This document shows positions 9,668-21,585 of a DNA stretch of 64,000 nt, one piece after another. The stretch is from an uncultured Clostridia bacterium. Lineage in GTDB: Bacteria > Bacillota > Clostridia > TANB77 > CAG-508. The stretch is taken from assembly GCA_944387405.1 (NCBI GenBank), contig CALXET010000002.1, positions 129,316 through 193,315 of the forward strand. Reading direction: 5' to 3'. Below the pieces are notes generated by a model. That model did no database searches. It worked only from the letters and a program-made list of their open reading frames with translations, and was not told where the DNA came from. Within the stretch, counting starts at the first letter, position 1. Every line of letters starts with the position of its first letter. The position numbers were made by a program, and so were the translations under genes.

Positions 9668-9982
9668 ATGAATTTTGATAATATTTTAGATAGTTTTAAT
9701 ATTGATGATTTTTCAAATGATTTACACAATTTCTTAAATAATATTACTGAAGAGGAACCTGTTTTATATACTTTAGATAGAGTTGAAGGAAATTTTGGTG
9801 TACTAGAAAATAGAGATACTGGAAAAATGTCAGATGTTCCTATTGAAAAATTACCAGAAGATCTAAAAGATGGTGATATTTTTAGATATTTTAATGGTGT
9901 TTTCGAAAAAGATATAGAAGCTTATAGTAAAACTAAAGAAAGAATAGATAGTTTAAGAGAAAATTTAAAAACAAATACTTAA
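9668..9982 (+). CDS. DUF3006-family small protein (native composition)
   Basis: YTLDRVEGNFGVLENRDTGKMSDVPIEKLPEDLKDGDIF pattern; RBS aaaaggag. Confidence 0.5.
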   Translation: MNFDNILDSFNIDDFSNDLHNFLNNITEEEPVLYTLDRVEGNFGVLENRDTGKMSDVPIEKLPEDLKDGDIFRYFNGVFEKDIEAYSKTKERIDSLRENLKTNT

Positions 9983-10060
9983 AATAGCAAAATTTGAATT
10001 TTTATGTTAACTGTGGTATTATTAATATATATACCCTATTTAGGAAGGAGGTATCAAGAA

Positions 10061-10828
10061 ATGGCAGGACACAAATTGTACCTTAAGTATGTACAACCTG
10101 TTGTTTCTGGCATTGATGGGGTATTCTCCCTTCTTGAGGGAATTGATGTCCTTAAGTGCTTTGTCCCTGATCTTCGGGAGCACTATAATGACTGCCCAAT
10201 AACATCTTTGCCAACCGTCACAGAAGAGGATCTTAAAAAACTGCTCAAGCCTAACAGCTTTGAGTATGTTCTAAAGACCTCAAAGGTGTTGGAAATCGAG
10301 TCGCCTAAGCTGGTGATTTCTGTATACACGATCTTCGAAATCGGAGGTTACGTTGCAGTAATCAAGTCTGGACGCAAGGTAAGCGCGAAAGTGCTGGGGT
10401 ACTACAACACCAGGGAGTTCAAGTCTGGTACCCACGCACTCTTCGATTTGCTGAAGAAACGTCACATGATTTCAGCTGAGTGCGAAGAGATCCAACCCGA
10501 TCGTCTGGACGTTCTCGATTTTGACGAGCTTGCAGATTGGCTATCTGGCTTCTTGGAGCCGGGTGTCACTCTCACGGTCAAGCACCGGCTCCCAACTTAC
10601 GAAGAGCTCGATGGAAAGCATACCACTTGGTATAACGATGGGAGTGCGCTTTCTCCTATCTACATCGAGATCGTAAACGTGAGTTGTGAGTGCTTCGTCA
10701 TATACGCCATGGTAAACTACGAAAACAAAGACGAGTACAGCTCCCTGGCTAAGAGCCATGGGTTCCAAGCTTACGAATCTGCGTTCTGTGATTCCGGCGT
10801 ATTTGAGGAACTGTTCTACACGGACTAG
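10061..10828 (+). CDS. hypothetical 255-aa protein on strongly higher-GC (~50%) cassette E
   Basis: SD aggaaggaggt before ATG 10061 (MAGHKLYLKY...). The ORF-track start at 10004 is upstream of the RBS. No recognisable motifs. Followed by a GC-rich terminator. Confidence 0.6.
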   Translation: MAGHKLYLKYVQPVVSGIDGVFSLLEGIDVLKCFVPDLREHYNDCPITSLPTVTEEDLKKLLKPNSFEYVLKTSKVLEIESPKLVISVYTIFEIGGYVAVIKSGRKVSAKVLGYYNTREFKSGTHALFDLLKKRHMISAECEEIQPDRLDVLDFDELADWLSGFLEPGVTLTVKHRLPTYEELDGKHTTWYNDGSALSPIYIEIVNVSCECFVIYAMVNYENKDEYSSLAKSHGFQAYESAFCDSGVFEELFYTD

Positions 10829-10846
10829 CCCTGTGACAGGAAAGGT

Positions 10847-10888
10847 GCCCGCATGCTAAACACATGCGGGCGCCTTCTTTTATTTTTT
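10847..10888 (+). terminator. intrinsic terminator of cassette E
   Basis: 9-bp stem gcccgcatg/catgcgggc, loop ctaaaca, then gccttcttttatttttt. Confidence 0.75.
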
Positions 10889-11043
10889 ATATATTTTTGA
10901 TGTTTTTTATATATTTTTTATACTTATATTTATTTTTTATGATTTTTATTTATACTTATTTTTGCTTTCATTTTTAATTTTATTTATTTTTATTTAATTC
11001 TTTTGTTTTAATTTTTTCATATTTTATTTGTTTTCTATTTTAA

Positions 11044-11598
11044 TTAAACATTATAAAAATATGTAGCTTCTAAATCAGCTTCATGCATTAACAATGCAAG
11101 TGGATATTTTTTATATGCTAAAGAAATTGTGCCATATAATTCTTTTGGCTCTGTAAATCCCATATGCCATCTTATACAATATTTCTCTTCACTTGTTAAT
11201 TTCATATATTCTGTAATCATCATAACAGATTTTTCTCCATGTCCATATGGAATTGTATCATCTACTGTATAATAAGGAACTTTTTCCCATTCTCCTCTTT
11301 CATTTTTAGCATTTCTAAAATCAACTTTATAATAATTTGCTTTACAAATATCATGTAAAAGAGCAACTATAATTAAAGTATCATCGCCTACATTAATATC
11401 GATTACCGAATTTTTAACTTTATATTTTAATATTTCATAAACTTTCATGCTATGCTCTAACAAACCACCTTCATAATTTCCATGAAACCTTGTACTTGCT
11501 GGAGCTTTAAAAAAGTCTGTCTTCTCTAAAAAATTAATTATTTCTTCTATTCCATCTCTTTTTGTACTTTTTAATAATTCTATAAATTCTTCTTTCAT
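11044..11598 (-). CDS. HD-domain phosphohydrolase
   Basis: HD motif VALLHDICK ... HMGFTEP. Confidence 0.65.
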   Translation of the reverse strand: MKEEFIELLKSTKRDGIEEIINFLEKTDFFKAPASTRFHGNYEGGLLEHSMKVYEILKYKVKNSVIDINVGDDTLIIVALLHDICKANYYKVDFRNAKNERGEWEKVPYYTVDDTIPYGHGEKSVMMITEYMKLTSEEKYCIRWHMGFTEPKELYGTISLAYKKYPLALLMHEADLEATYFYNV

Positions 11599-11782
11599 AT
11601 TATATCCTCCAATAACTTTTACTTTTATTTTCTTTTGTAGCGCTTTTCTTTTACTCTAACTTAATTTAATATTATTTTATATTTCTCTATCTCTCTATTT
11701 CTAATAGTAAAAATATTATAACAAAAACTAATTTTTATAACAAGAAAAAAAGAGAAAAAGTGTGATTTCTCACACCTTTTCC

Positions 11783-12748
11783 TCAATTAGATTCTCTTAG
11801 CTGCCTTCCACTTAAATAATCGCCATTTTCTTTGTCAAATACTATTTCGCCATCATCTTTTACTGTTATTACAATATCTCCTAATTCATCAGTCCGGTAT
11901 AATGGAATATTTTTATCCTCAAAGCGCTTTGTAACAGCACCATATGGATGATTATAATCATTTCCGTTTCCACAACTTACGACTGCATATTTAGGATTCA
12001 CCATATCTAGAAACTCATCAGTTGTTGATGTTTTACTACCATGATGCCCTATCTTTAAGATGTCTGAAGATAAATTAGCACCGCTTTCTAATAGCTCTTT
12101 TTCCACCTCAGATTCTGCATCTGCCATAAAAAGCATTGAAAAGTCGCCATAAACAAGCTTAAAAACTATTGACTTGTTATTAACATTTACTGCATCATTG
12201 TTCTGACTCAAGGTATAAACTTTAGCATCTCCAACATCAAAATTTTTTAGCTTATTATTCTCACACGCAGATTCCATGAAAATTGACATGCTTCCAAAAG
12301 TCTCTCTTATACTACGAGAAATTGACATATCAATATACCAAAATCGTTCTTGCATTGTAGATAAATCACTAAACTTATGACACACTATTTTTTTCACATC
12401 AAGCGAACTTATTATCTTGTGTGCTCCTCCAGCATGGTCTCTATGAAAATGAGTAATCAAAAATATGTCAATTTTATCAATTCCTAAACTCTTAATATAT
12501 TTTACTACATCATCTCCAGTAAAGTTATCTCCTGAATCGACTAACATAGTAAATCCATCTTGAACTATAAGAATTGATTCTGCTTGACCTACATCGATTA
12601 TGTGAATCTGAAGCTCATCTTCACTATTGTATTGTGTAACAGTAATAGTATTATACGAAATACTTGTATATCTATTGACAATAACAGAAAAAATAACAAG
12701 TATTATAATGAAAGTAAGAATCTTTTTCCGTTTTTTAGATTCTCTCAA
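11783..12748 (-). CDS. MBL-fold metallo-hydrolase (ComEC C-terminal-domain-like), membrane-anchored
   Basis: N-terminal TM; HIIDVGQAESILIV ... ITHFHRDHAGG (HxHxDH) motif. Confidence 0.7.
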   Translation of the reverse strand: MRESKKRKKILTFIIILVIFSVIVNRYTSISYNTITVTQYNSEDELQIHIIDVGQAESILIVQDGFTMLVDSGDNFTGDDVVKYIKSLGIDKIDIFLITHFHRDHAGGAHKIISSLDVKKIVCHKFSDLSTMQERFWYIDMSISRSIRETFGSMSIFMESACENNKLKNFDVGDAKVYTLSQNNDAVNVNNKSIVFKLVYGDFSMLFMADAESEVEKELLESGANLSSDILKIGHHGSKTSTTDEFLDMVNPKYAVVSCGNGNDYNHPYGAVTKRFEDKNIPLYRTDELGDIVITVKDDGEIVFDKENGDYLSGRQLRESN

Positions 12749-12872
12749 CAGAAAATCCTCCCTTCTAAAAAAGCAAAAAAACTTGTGCCTAATAATATTT
12801 TAACATCTTAGGTCAAGTCTTTTTTATTTCTATACTATTTTATTACTCTATTTTAAATATTTTCTTAAAAAA

Positions 12873-13730
12873 TTATATAAGTATAACCATACTACTAAAA
12901 TACTTTTCTTGAAAATTAACAATATCTAAAACTTCGTCTTCTGTATATTTTTTATTATTATTAATATCTACGACAATCAATTTATCATCTTCATCATTTA
13001 TTCTTTGTATAATTCCTATACATTTTCCTTTAAATGTCTCTAACGGGATTTTAGAGTCAATTATGAATACATCTAGTTCTTTTCCATCACCACTTTTTGT
13101 ATTTGGAATATACCCATAATTTATTGGATATATCATATCTGGATATTTTGGATGTGAATCTCCCATTTTTCTGTCTATAATTATATTTACTTCTTTTCCT
13201 AAAAAATCATAAGACATTCTTTGTTTAGTATTTATTATCTCATCATACATTGTAACTATATAATAAAATATATCTCTGATTTCACTATATTCTAACATTC
13301 TTTCAAATTCTTCTTTAGTAACATATTTTGCATCTTGTACTTCTCCATCTGAAAAAACTAAATCTGATAAATTAATATCTTTTCTTACTACCCATTTATC
13401 TACAATCGCATGATGTGTTTTATCTACTTTATTACCAAAATATATTAAATCTTTTAAATTTAACTCCAGTCCAATTTCTTCTTTTATTTCTCTTAGAGCT
13501 CCTTCGTATGTTGTTTCACCTTTTAAGACAGATCCTGCAGTACATTCCCATTTTAAAGGATTAGATTTTTTATTTTTTGATCTTTGCGTAAGTAAAATTT
13601 CACCTTTACTATTTATAATCCATATTTCTTCTACAATATGATATTCATTTTCTTTAAATACAGATACATCTCTTATTAAATCGTATCCTAATTTCTTTCT
13701 ATTTTCATTATATGCATCCCAATATTCCAT
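12873..13730 (-). CDS. Nudix hydrolase fused to family-I inorganic pyrophosphatase
   Basis: Nudix box GETTYEGALREIKEEIGLEL in the N-terminal half; C-terminal half NYGYIPNTKSGDGKELDVFIIDSKIPLETFKGKCIGIIQRINDEDDKLIVVD aligns with PPase NYGFIPQT..DGDPLDVLVL...DDKIIAV. Confidence 0.65.
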   Translation of the reverse strand: MEYWDAYNENRKKLGYDLIRDVSVFKENEYHIVEEIWIINSKGEILLTQRSKNKKSNPLKWECTAGSVLKGETTYEGALREIKEEIGLELNLKDLIYFGNKVDKTHHAIVDKWVVRKDINLSDLVFSDGEVQDAKYVTKEEFERMLEYSEIRDIFYYIVTMYDEIINTKQRMSYDFLGKEVNIIIDRKMGDSHPKYPDMIYPINYGYIPNTKSGDGKELDVFIIDSKIPLETFKGKCIGIIQRINDEDDKLIVVDINNNKKYTEDEVLDIVNFQEKYFSSMVILI

Positions 13731-13818
13731 AAAAACTCCTTAAATAAAAATCGTTTTTATTATACATTAAAGAGTAAAAAATAAAAAGTCTAAAACATAA
13801 TGTTCTAGACTTTTTATT

Positions 13819-14982
13819 TTAACCGAAAATTCCTCTTTTTTTAATTGGTGGTTGTTCATTCATTGTAAGTGCAAGTTTAGTAATAAGTTCTCTTTGCTCT
13901 TGAGTTAATCTCTTTGGAACTTGAACTACAACAGTAAATACAAAGTCACCACTCCAGTTCTTATTATTTACAGATTTAAATCCTTTATTTTTTATAACAA
14001 ATTTTGTTCCAGTCTGTGTTCCTGCTGGAATAGTATATTTTTGTTTTGTACCATCTACCATTGGAACTTCTATTTCTGTTCCTAAAGTTGCTCCTGTAAA
14101 TGTAATTGGTATATCACATAAAACATGATCTGCTTTTCTTGTATAAATGTCATGTTTTTTAACATGAATATTTATATATAAATCACCTTTTGGTCCACCT
14201 TTTTCTCCAGGCTCGCCTTCTCCTCTTAGTACTATAGTCTGACCATCATTAATACCTGCTGGAATTTTAACTTTTATTTTACTTGTTTGTCTTGTATATC
14301 CTTTTCCTTTACAGTTTGGACATGGGTCATCTATTATTTTTCCTTCACCACCACAATTTGAACAAATCTTTTGAGTTGCCATTTGTCCAAATGGAGTTGT
14401 AACTACTTGTCTTATTTGTCCAGTACCTTTACATACACTACAAACATGAGCTTCACTTCCATCTCTAGTACCATTTCCATGGCATTTTGGACATTCTCTA
14501 TTTCTATTTACACTTATAGTCTTTTCTGTTCCAAGATAAGATTCTTCAAATGTAATTTCTATATTAGCTTTCATATCAGTACCTTTTCTAGGACCATTAC
14601 GTCTTCTAGATCTAGTACCTCCACCAAAAGCTGCAGAAAATATATCACTAAAACTTCCAAATCCAAAGTCATCGAATCCGAATCCTTCAAATCCTGATCC
14701 ACCAAATCCAGAACCTCCATATGAATAATGTCCTCCTTGACCTCCACCAAATTGTGGCCCGTCTGGATTTCCAAAATTATCATAATTACTTCTTTTTTGT
14801 TTATCAGATAATACTTCATATGCTTCGCTAACTTCTTTAAATTTAGCTTCTGCTTCTGCTTTATTATCCGGATTAGCATCAGGGTGATATTTTTTTGCAA
14901 GTTTTCTATATGCTCTTTTAATTTCATCATCAGAAGCACTTTTTGTTACTCCTAATATTCCATAATAATCTTTATTTGCCAT
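13819..14982 (-). CDS. dnaJ: chaperone DnaJ
   Basis: J domain DYYGILGV...HPD; Gly-rich region; four CxxCxGxG zinc-finger repeats. Confidence 0.9.
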   Translation of the reverse strand: MANKDYYGILGVTKSASDDEIKRAYRKLAKKYHPDANPDNKAEAEAKFKEVSEAYEVLSDKQKRSNYDNFGNPDGPQFGGGQGGHYSYGGSGFGGSGFEGFGFDDFGFGSFSDIFSAAFGGGTRSRRRNGPRKGTDMKANIEITFEESYLGTEKTISVNRNRECPKCHGNGTRDGSEAHVCSVCKGTGQIRQVVTTPFGQMATQKICSNCGGEGKIIDDPCPNCKGKGYTRQTSKIKVKIPAGINDGQTIVLRGEGEPGEKGGPKGDLYINIHVKKHDIYTRKADHVLCDIPITFTGATLGTEIEVPMVDGTKQKYTIPAGTQTGTKFVIKNKGFKSVNNKNWSGDFVFTVVVQVPKRLTQEQRELITKLALTMNEQPPIKKRGIFG

Positions 14983-15002
14983 CTTGTACTCCTCCATGAT
15001 AA

Positions 15003-15368
15003 TTAAACATATTTCTTTTTATTGTCTTCAACATAATTTCTTTTTAAATTACCATTATATTTTTTCATATATACTTCTGTAAATTCTTCTGCTGATATAT
15101 TTGTTCTATTTAAAACATCTATATAATACATTAGAACATCACCAAATTCTTCAATAAATCGTTCTCTTATATTTTTGTCGTTCATTATAGAATCTATTCC
15201 TTTTTTCTTAATAATAGAAATTGTCTCTCCTAATTCTTCTACCATATATAAAATATTATTTTTAGCATATTCTGGCTCCATAGGCTCCCAATTATTTTTA
15301 TTAAGTTCCCATAATTTATATTGCATATCTTTTAATTCTGATATTTTTAAATCTTTTTTATTTTCCAT
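15003..15368 (-). CDS. MazG-like nucleotide pyrophosphohydrolase (small all-alpha NTP-PPase)
   Basis: EELGE and EEFGDVLMY motifs typical of the MazG/YpjD family; lies between dnaK and dnaJ. Confidence 0.55.
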   Translation of the reverse strand: MENKKDLKISELKDMQYKLWELNKNNWEPMEPEYAKNNILYMVEELGETISIIKKKGIDSIMNDKNIRERFIEEFGDVLMYYIDVLNRTNISAEEFTEVYMKKYNGNLKRNYVEDNKKKYV

Positions 15369-15396
15369 ATAAGAAAACTCCTTACTAAAAATTATG

Positions 15397-15421
15397 GGCA
15401 GCAATTATTCCATAGCTGCCC
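15397..15421 (-). terminator. hairpin terminator after dnaK
   Basis: Stem gggcagc/gctgccc with 12-nt loop, T-rich after it on the minus strand. Confidence 0.45.
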
Positions 15422-15453
15422 TTATCTTTTATTCTTTTTTATACTAAATAAGA

Positions 15454-17340
<1,887 letters not shown>

Positions 17341-17436
17341 TTATTTATTTTAACTTTAATCTTTATTTTCTTTTGTATATTTTGTATAAACTTTATGAAT
17401 TCAAAATATATATTAATTAAATATTAATATCTTAAA

Positions 17437-17982
17437 TTAATTTGCAACAATTACCATTGAATGTCTAATTACTCTATTTCCTATTTTATAACCTTTTCTA
17501 AATTCTTCTATTATTACATTTTCACCATGTTTTTCATCTGTTACATGGCTGACAGCTTCGTGAAGTTCTGGATCAAACTTCTTTCCTACTGTCTCTATTT
17601 CTTTTACTCCATTATAAAGTAATACATCTTGTAATTGCTTTAATACTAATTTTACACCGTCTTGATAAGCTTTATCCTCTGTTTGTACTTTTACTGCCTT
17701 TTCTAGATTATCAATAACAGGTAATATTGATGTCATAATATCTGATACTAATAAATCTTTAAGTCCTTCTTTATCTTTTTGAGTTCTTTTCTTATAATTT
17801 TCAAACTCAGCTAAAAGACGCTTATATCTATCATTCATTTCGTCTATTTCATCTTTGATTTTATTTTTTTCTTCTTCAAAAACTTCAGCTTTATTTTCTT
17901 CTATTTCTGTTTTTACTTCTTGTTTATTTTCTTTTTCATCATTTTTCATTTCATTTTCTTTTTCTTTATTTTCATTTGCCAT
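17437..17982 (-). CDS. grpE: nucleotide exchange factor GrpE
   Basis: RLLAEFENYKKR and C-terminal GrpE beta-domain. Confidence 0.9.
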   Translation of the reverse strand: MANENKEKENEMKNDEKENKQEVKTEIEENKAEVFEEEKNKIKDEIDEMNDRYKRLLAEFENYKKRTQKDKEGLKDLLVSDIMTSILPVIDNLEKAVKVQTEDKAYQDGVKLVLKQLQDVLLYNGVKEIETVGKKFDPELHEAVSHVTDEKHGENVIIEEFRKGYKIGNRVIRHSMVIVAN

Positions 17983-18003
17983 AGTTTTTTAACCTTCTTT
18001 CTT

Positions 18004-19023
18004 TTAGAAATCTTCATCTCCATATTCTTCTTTTAACTTCTTACTTATATATTTCATAACAGAAATTACCTTTGCATAATCCATCCTTTTAGGTCCTATA
18101 ATACCAATTGTACCAATATCTTTATCGCCTAAAATATGATTAAAAGTTATTACACTAAAATTCTTTAACTTCTCATCTGAAAGTTCATCACCAATATATA
18201 CATTTATATCTTCTGCTATACCTGTATTTAAAACGTCAGCTACTAAATCCTTTGCATCTAATGCATTCATAAAATCTTTTGCGATTTCTGCTTTTTTAAA
18301 TTCAGGTAAATCAAATGATTTATTTGTTCCTTCTAAATAAACTTCATTAGATGTAATTTTTAAAACCTTATTAATTTCATCAATTATCTTTCTTATAACT
18401 TTTATACCTGCTTTAAGCTCTGTTCCTAGATATTCTTCAAAAGAACCATTAATCTCATCCATAGATTTTCCAATTAATTTATTTGCAAATATATAATTCA
18501 AATTTCTGACTTGTTCTTCTGTAATATCTTCATCAAATTTTATTGTCGCTTCTCTTATAATTCCTGACTCTGTTAAAATTATTGCCATTAAAACATTTGA
18601 ACCTAATAAAACAAATTTAATATCCATAATAGTATGTTCTTCAACATTAGGTCCTACTGCAATCGTTGTATAATGAGTTACCTCTGAAAGAGTCGTTGTA
18701 GCTATCTTTGTTATATCTTCAAGCTCATTTACCTTTGTCTCTAGCTTAGATTTTATATATTCTATTTCTTTTTTTGTAAGTTTATCTTCTGTTAATAATT
18801 CATCTATATAATATCTATAACCTTGTTGAGATGGAATTCTACCAGCTGAAGTATGAGGCTTATCTAAATAACCTGCCTGCTCAAGTTCTGCCATTTCATT
18901 TCTTATTGTAGCACTACTACAATTTAGTGCTTTTACTAGGCTTCCCGAACTTACTGGCTCAGCTTTGTCAATGTATTCTTCTACTATTGCTTGAAGTATT
19001 TTTTTCTTTCTATCGTCAAGCAT
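18004..19023 (-). CDS. hrcA: heat-inducible transcription repressor HrcA
   Basis: LDDRKKKILQAIVEEY...winged-helix N-terminus. Start at 19023 with RBS gagaggtga; the ORF-track start at 19038 overlaps the RBS. Confidence 0.9.
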   Translation of the reverse strand: MLDDRKKKILQAIVEEYIDKAEPVSSGSLVKALNCSSATIRNEMAELEQAGYLDKPHTSAGRIPSQQGYRYYIDELLTEDKLTKKEIEYIKSKLETKVNELEDITKIATTTLSEVTHYTTIAVGPNVEEHTIMDIKFVLLGSNVLMAIILTESGIIREATIKFDEDITEEQVRNLNYIFANKLIGKSMDEINGSFEEYLGTELKAGIKVIRKIIDEINKVLKITSNEVYLEGTNKSFDLPEFKKAEIAKDFMNALDAKDLVADVLNTGIAEDINVYIGDELSDEKLKNFSVITFNHILGDKDIGTIGIIGPKRMDYAKVISVMKYISKKLKEEYGDEDF

Positions 19024-19039
19024 ATTTTCACCTCTCATA

Positions 19040-19066
19040 TTAGCAAACTATATTCTCTTTTGCTAA
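19040..19066 (-). promoter_or_regulatory. CIRCE-like HrcA operator 1
   Basis: TTAGCAaaC-N9-ttTTGCTAA, a 9-9-9 inverted repeat resembling consensus TTAGCACTC-N9-GAGTGCTAA; directly upstream of the hrcA RBS. Confidence 0.6.
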
Positions 19067-19102
19067 CATAAATATATTATACCCATTTTTAGCAATTGTC
19101 AA
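19067..19102 (-). promoter_or_regulatory. sigmaA-type promoter of hrcA operon
   Basis: Minus strand TTGACA-15nt-TATAAT (ttgacaattgctaaaaatgggtataat). Confidence 0.5.
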
Positions 19103-19115
19103 TAGAGATTGCTAA
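19089..19115 (-). promoter_or_regulatory. CIRCE-like HrcA operator 2 overlapping -35
   Basis: TTAGCAatT-N9-gAtTGCTAA inverted repeat. Confidence 0.6.
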
Positions 19116-19272
19116 TTTTTTTATTATTTATTTAATTTTTTTATCAAATGATAATAGACAGTAAGAAAAAATAAATAAATATATAATCATATTTATCATG
19201 AGCATGGATACTCCATTTTTCTTACAGCTTGTGATATACTTTGCAAAAACACTTTGAAATAGAGGTGCTTTT

Positions 19273-19482
19273 ATGGATGCTTTAAAAGATAAGTTTTTTT
19301 CTGCATATGCAGAAGTATTTGATGAAAAAGGAAACCCAAAAGCCTGTGGAAGGCGGAAGTGTTCTGAGCTTATAGAACTCTGCTATCAGATTGATGGCAA
19401 AAGTGATTTTGGAAATGTACAGACCGGAATCATGAATGTTTCAAATATCCTTAGTCTTAAGGAAAAACTTTCTCAAAATTAA
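19273..19482 (+). CDS. hypothetical 69-aa protein on higher-GC cassette F
   Basis: RBS agaggtg; TGTGATATACT extended -10 at ~19230; higher GC; followed by a strong terminator shared with the convergent hemW. Confidence 0.5.
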   Translation: MDALKDKFFSAYAEVFDEKGNPKACGRRKCSELIELCYQIDGKSDFGNVQTGIMNVSNILSLKEKLSQN

Positions 19483-19556
19483 TTTTTTGGCCTTTATGGA
19501 GTATCCAAGAAAGCTAATATAGCATCTGTATTACGCAGAACTTATGTTACATGAAA

Positions 19557-19598
19557 AAGAGGGTGACTTTGATAAAGTTCACCCTCTTTTTGCTTTTT
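19557..19598. terminator. bidirectional intrinsic terminator (cassette F / hemW)
   Basis: Stem aagagggtgacttt/aagttcaccctctt around loop gata, T-tract downstream on the plus strand and A-tract upstream. Confidence 0.7.
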
Positions 19599-20727
19599 AT
19601 ATAAATTCTTCCCATACTATATTTGCAAAATCTAATCCTTTTTTAGTAAGTTTTATATCATCTAAATCTACTTCGATTAGATCTTCATCTGTAAGTTTAC
19701 TAATTTCGAATCTAAAATATAATAATGGATTTAAATTAAACTTTCTTTCAAATTCTGATATAGACACTCCATCTATTTTTCTAAGTCCTAACATCATATA
19801 TTCTTTTGCAAGTTCTTCTCTATTCATTTTTTCTTCTATATCTCTACTTTTAAAATTAAAAATATATTCTGATAGAATCTTTTTATTCGAAAATCTTATT
19901 CCATCTATAAAACTATGAGCTGCCGCACCAAATCCAAAATATTCTTTTTGATTCCAACAATTTAGATTGTGTTTTGATTCATATCCTTCTTTTGCGAAAT
20001 TAGATATCTCATAATGTCTATACCCTTTTTCTTCTAACGTGTTTTTTATATACCAATACATTTGTCTTTCTATATCTTCACTTGGTAAGTTATACCCATC
20101 AGCATTTTCTTCTATTAGTTCCTTTATTTTAGTTCCATTTTCAACTATTAATGAATATGTAGAAATATGCTCTGGGCTAAGTTCTATAATTTTTTCTAAA
20201 TCTAATTTTAAATCATCTAAACTCTCATCTGGCAGAGAAAATATCAAATCAACATTAATATTACTAAATCCTAATTTTCTTGCTAAATTATACGTACTTA
20301 AAAATTCACTATATGTATGTATTCTTCCAATCTTTTTAAGCAAATTATCATTTGTCGTTTGCAAACCTATACTTAATCTGTTTATTCCACACATTTGATA
20401 TGTCTTTAACTTTTCTTCTGTTATTGTACCTGGATTTACTTCTAAGGTTATTTCTGCATTAGAAGAAATATTAAAATTTCTTCTTATATTTTCTAAAAGT
20501 AATTTAATATATTTACTCTCCAAAAATGAAGGAGTTCCTCCGCCAAAATAAATTGTTGATACAATGTGATTTTTAGTAAATTCATTTGACGTATCTTCAA
20601 TCTCTTTTTTTACTGTCTCTACATATGAGTCTATTTTTTCATATTTGTTATCATATGATACAAAATCACAATAATAACATTTCCTTTTACAAAAAGGTAT
20701 ATGCACATATATTCCTATTTCTTTCAT
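19597..20727 (-). CDS. hemW: radical SAM heme chaperone HemW (coproporphyrinogen III oxidase-like)
   Basis: HIPFCKRKCYYCDF (CxxxCxxC), GGGTPS, HemN/HemW C-terminal domain. Confidence 0.85.
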   Translation of the reverse strand: MKEIGIYVHIPFCKRKCYYCDFVSYDNKYEKIDSYVETVKKEIEDTSNEFTKNHIVSTIYFGGGTPSFLESKYIKLLLENIRRNFNISSNAEITLEVNPGTITEEKLKTYQMCGINRLSIGLQTTNDNLLKKIGRIHTYSEFLSTYNLARKLGFSNINVDLIFSLPDESLDDLKLDLEKIIELSPEHISTYSLIVENGTKIKELIEENADGYNLPSEDIERQMYWYIKNTLEEKGYRHYEISNFAKEGYESKHNLNCWNQKEYFGFGAAAHSFIDGIRFSNKKILSEYIFNFKSRDIEEKMNREELAKEYMMLGLRKIDGVSISEFERKFNLNPLLYFRFEISKLTDEDLIEVDLDDIKLTKKGLDFANIVWEEFI

Positions 20728-20730
20728 ACA

Positions 20731-21582
20731 TTAACTTCCTTTTCTTATTTCATCTGCATATTCTTGAATTTTTTTTAGTCTATGGTTAACTCCAGATTTT
20801 CCTATTGGATTTTCTAACATTTGTCCTAATTCCTTTAAACTTATATCAGGATTTTCAAGTCTTAATTCAGCAATTTCTACTAGATAATCTGGCATTGAAT
20901 CAAACTTTTTCATTTTCTTTAAAAACTTAATATCTTCAATTTGTTTAACAGATGCATTTACAATTTTATTTAAATTCGCTGTTTCACAGTTTACAAGTCT
21001 ATTTACATTATTTCTTGTGTCTCTCAACACTCTTATCTCTTCAAAAGAAAGAACTGATTTAGTAGCTCCAATTAAAGCTAAAAATTTAGAAATTTCTTCT
21101 CCTTCTTTAATATAAATCGTATTATTTGAATCTAATAATTTAATTTTTATTCCAAACATTTTTATAATATTTTGCAAATACATTGCATTTTCTTTACTCT
21201 TAAGTAATATCTCCAAATGATATTTTTTATTTGGATCATTTATTGAACCGCTTCCCAAGAAAGCTCCTCTAACTATTGCCTTTAATTCTTCTTCATCTGT
21301 AATAGTTTCTTCTCTTTTTAATTTTGATAAATCACTTTTTTTTATTTTTGAAACAAAGACTTTTCTTTTTATTTCTGGTTCATAATCTATTTTTAAATTA
21401 AATAACAGTTTATATAATCTTTCGATATTAAATTCATTTTCAGTGATAAAATAAACATAATCATCTTCTATAGTTGTATTTCCTGATAGCATATATCCAA
21501 GCACTTCTGCCTCTACTATGTTAATCTTATGAAATATATTCATTTTACTTAATTCCTCTTTTACACTCGATGAAAAAGACAT
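20731..21582 (-). CDS. whiA: sporulation/cell-division transcriptional regulator WhiA
   Basis: MSFSSSVKEELS N-terminus; C-terminal HTH GKSGVNHRLKKIQ typical of WhiA. Confidence 0.75.
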   Translation of the reverse strand: MSFSSSVKEELSKMNIFHKINIVEAEVLGYMLSGNTTIEDDYVYFITENEFNIERLYKLLFNLKIDYEPEIKRKVFVSKIKKSDLSKLKREETITDEEELKAIVRGAFLGSGSINDPNKKYHLEILLKSKENAMYLQNIIKMFGIKIKLLDSNNTIYIKEGEEISKFLALIGATKSVLSFEEIRVLRDTRNNVNRLVNCETANLNKIVNASVKQIEDIKFLKKMKKFDSMPDYLVEIAELRLENPDISLKELGQMLENPIGKSGVNHRLKKIQEYADEIRKGS

Positions 21583-21585
21583 CTC

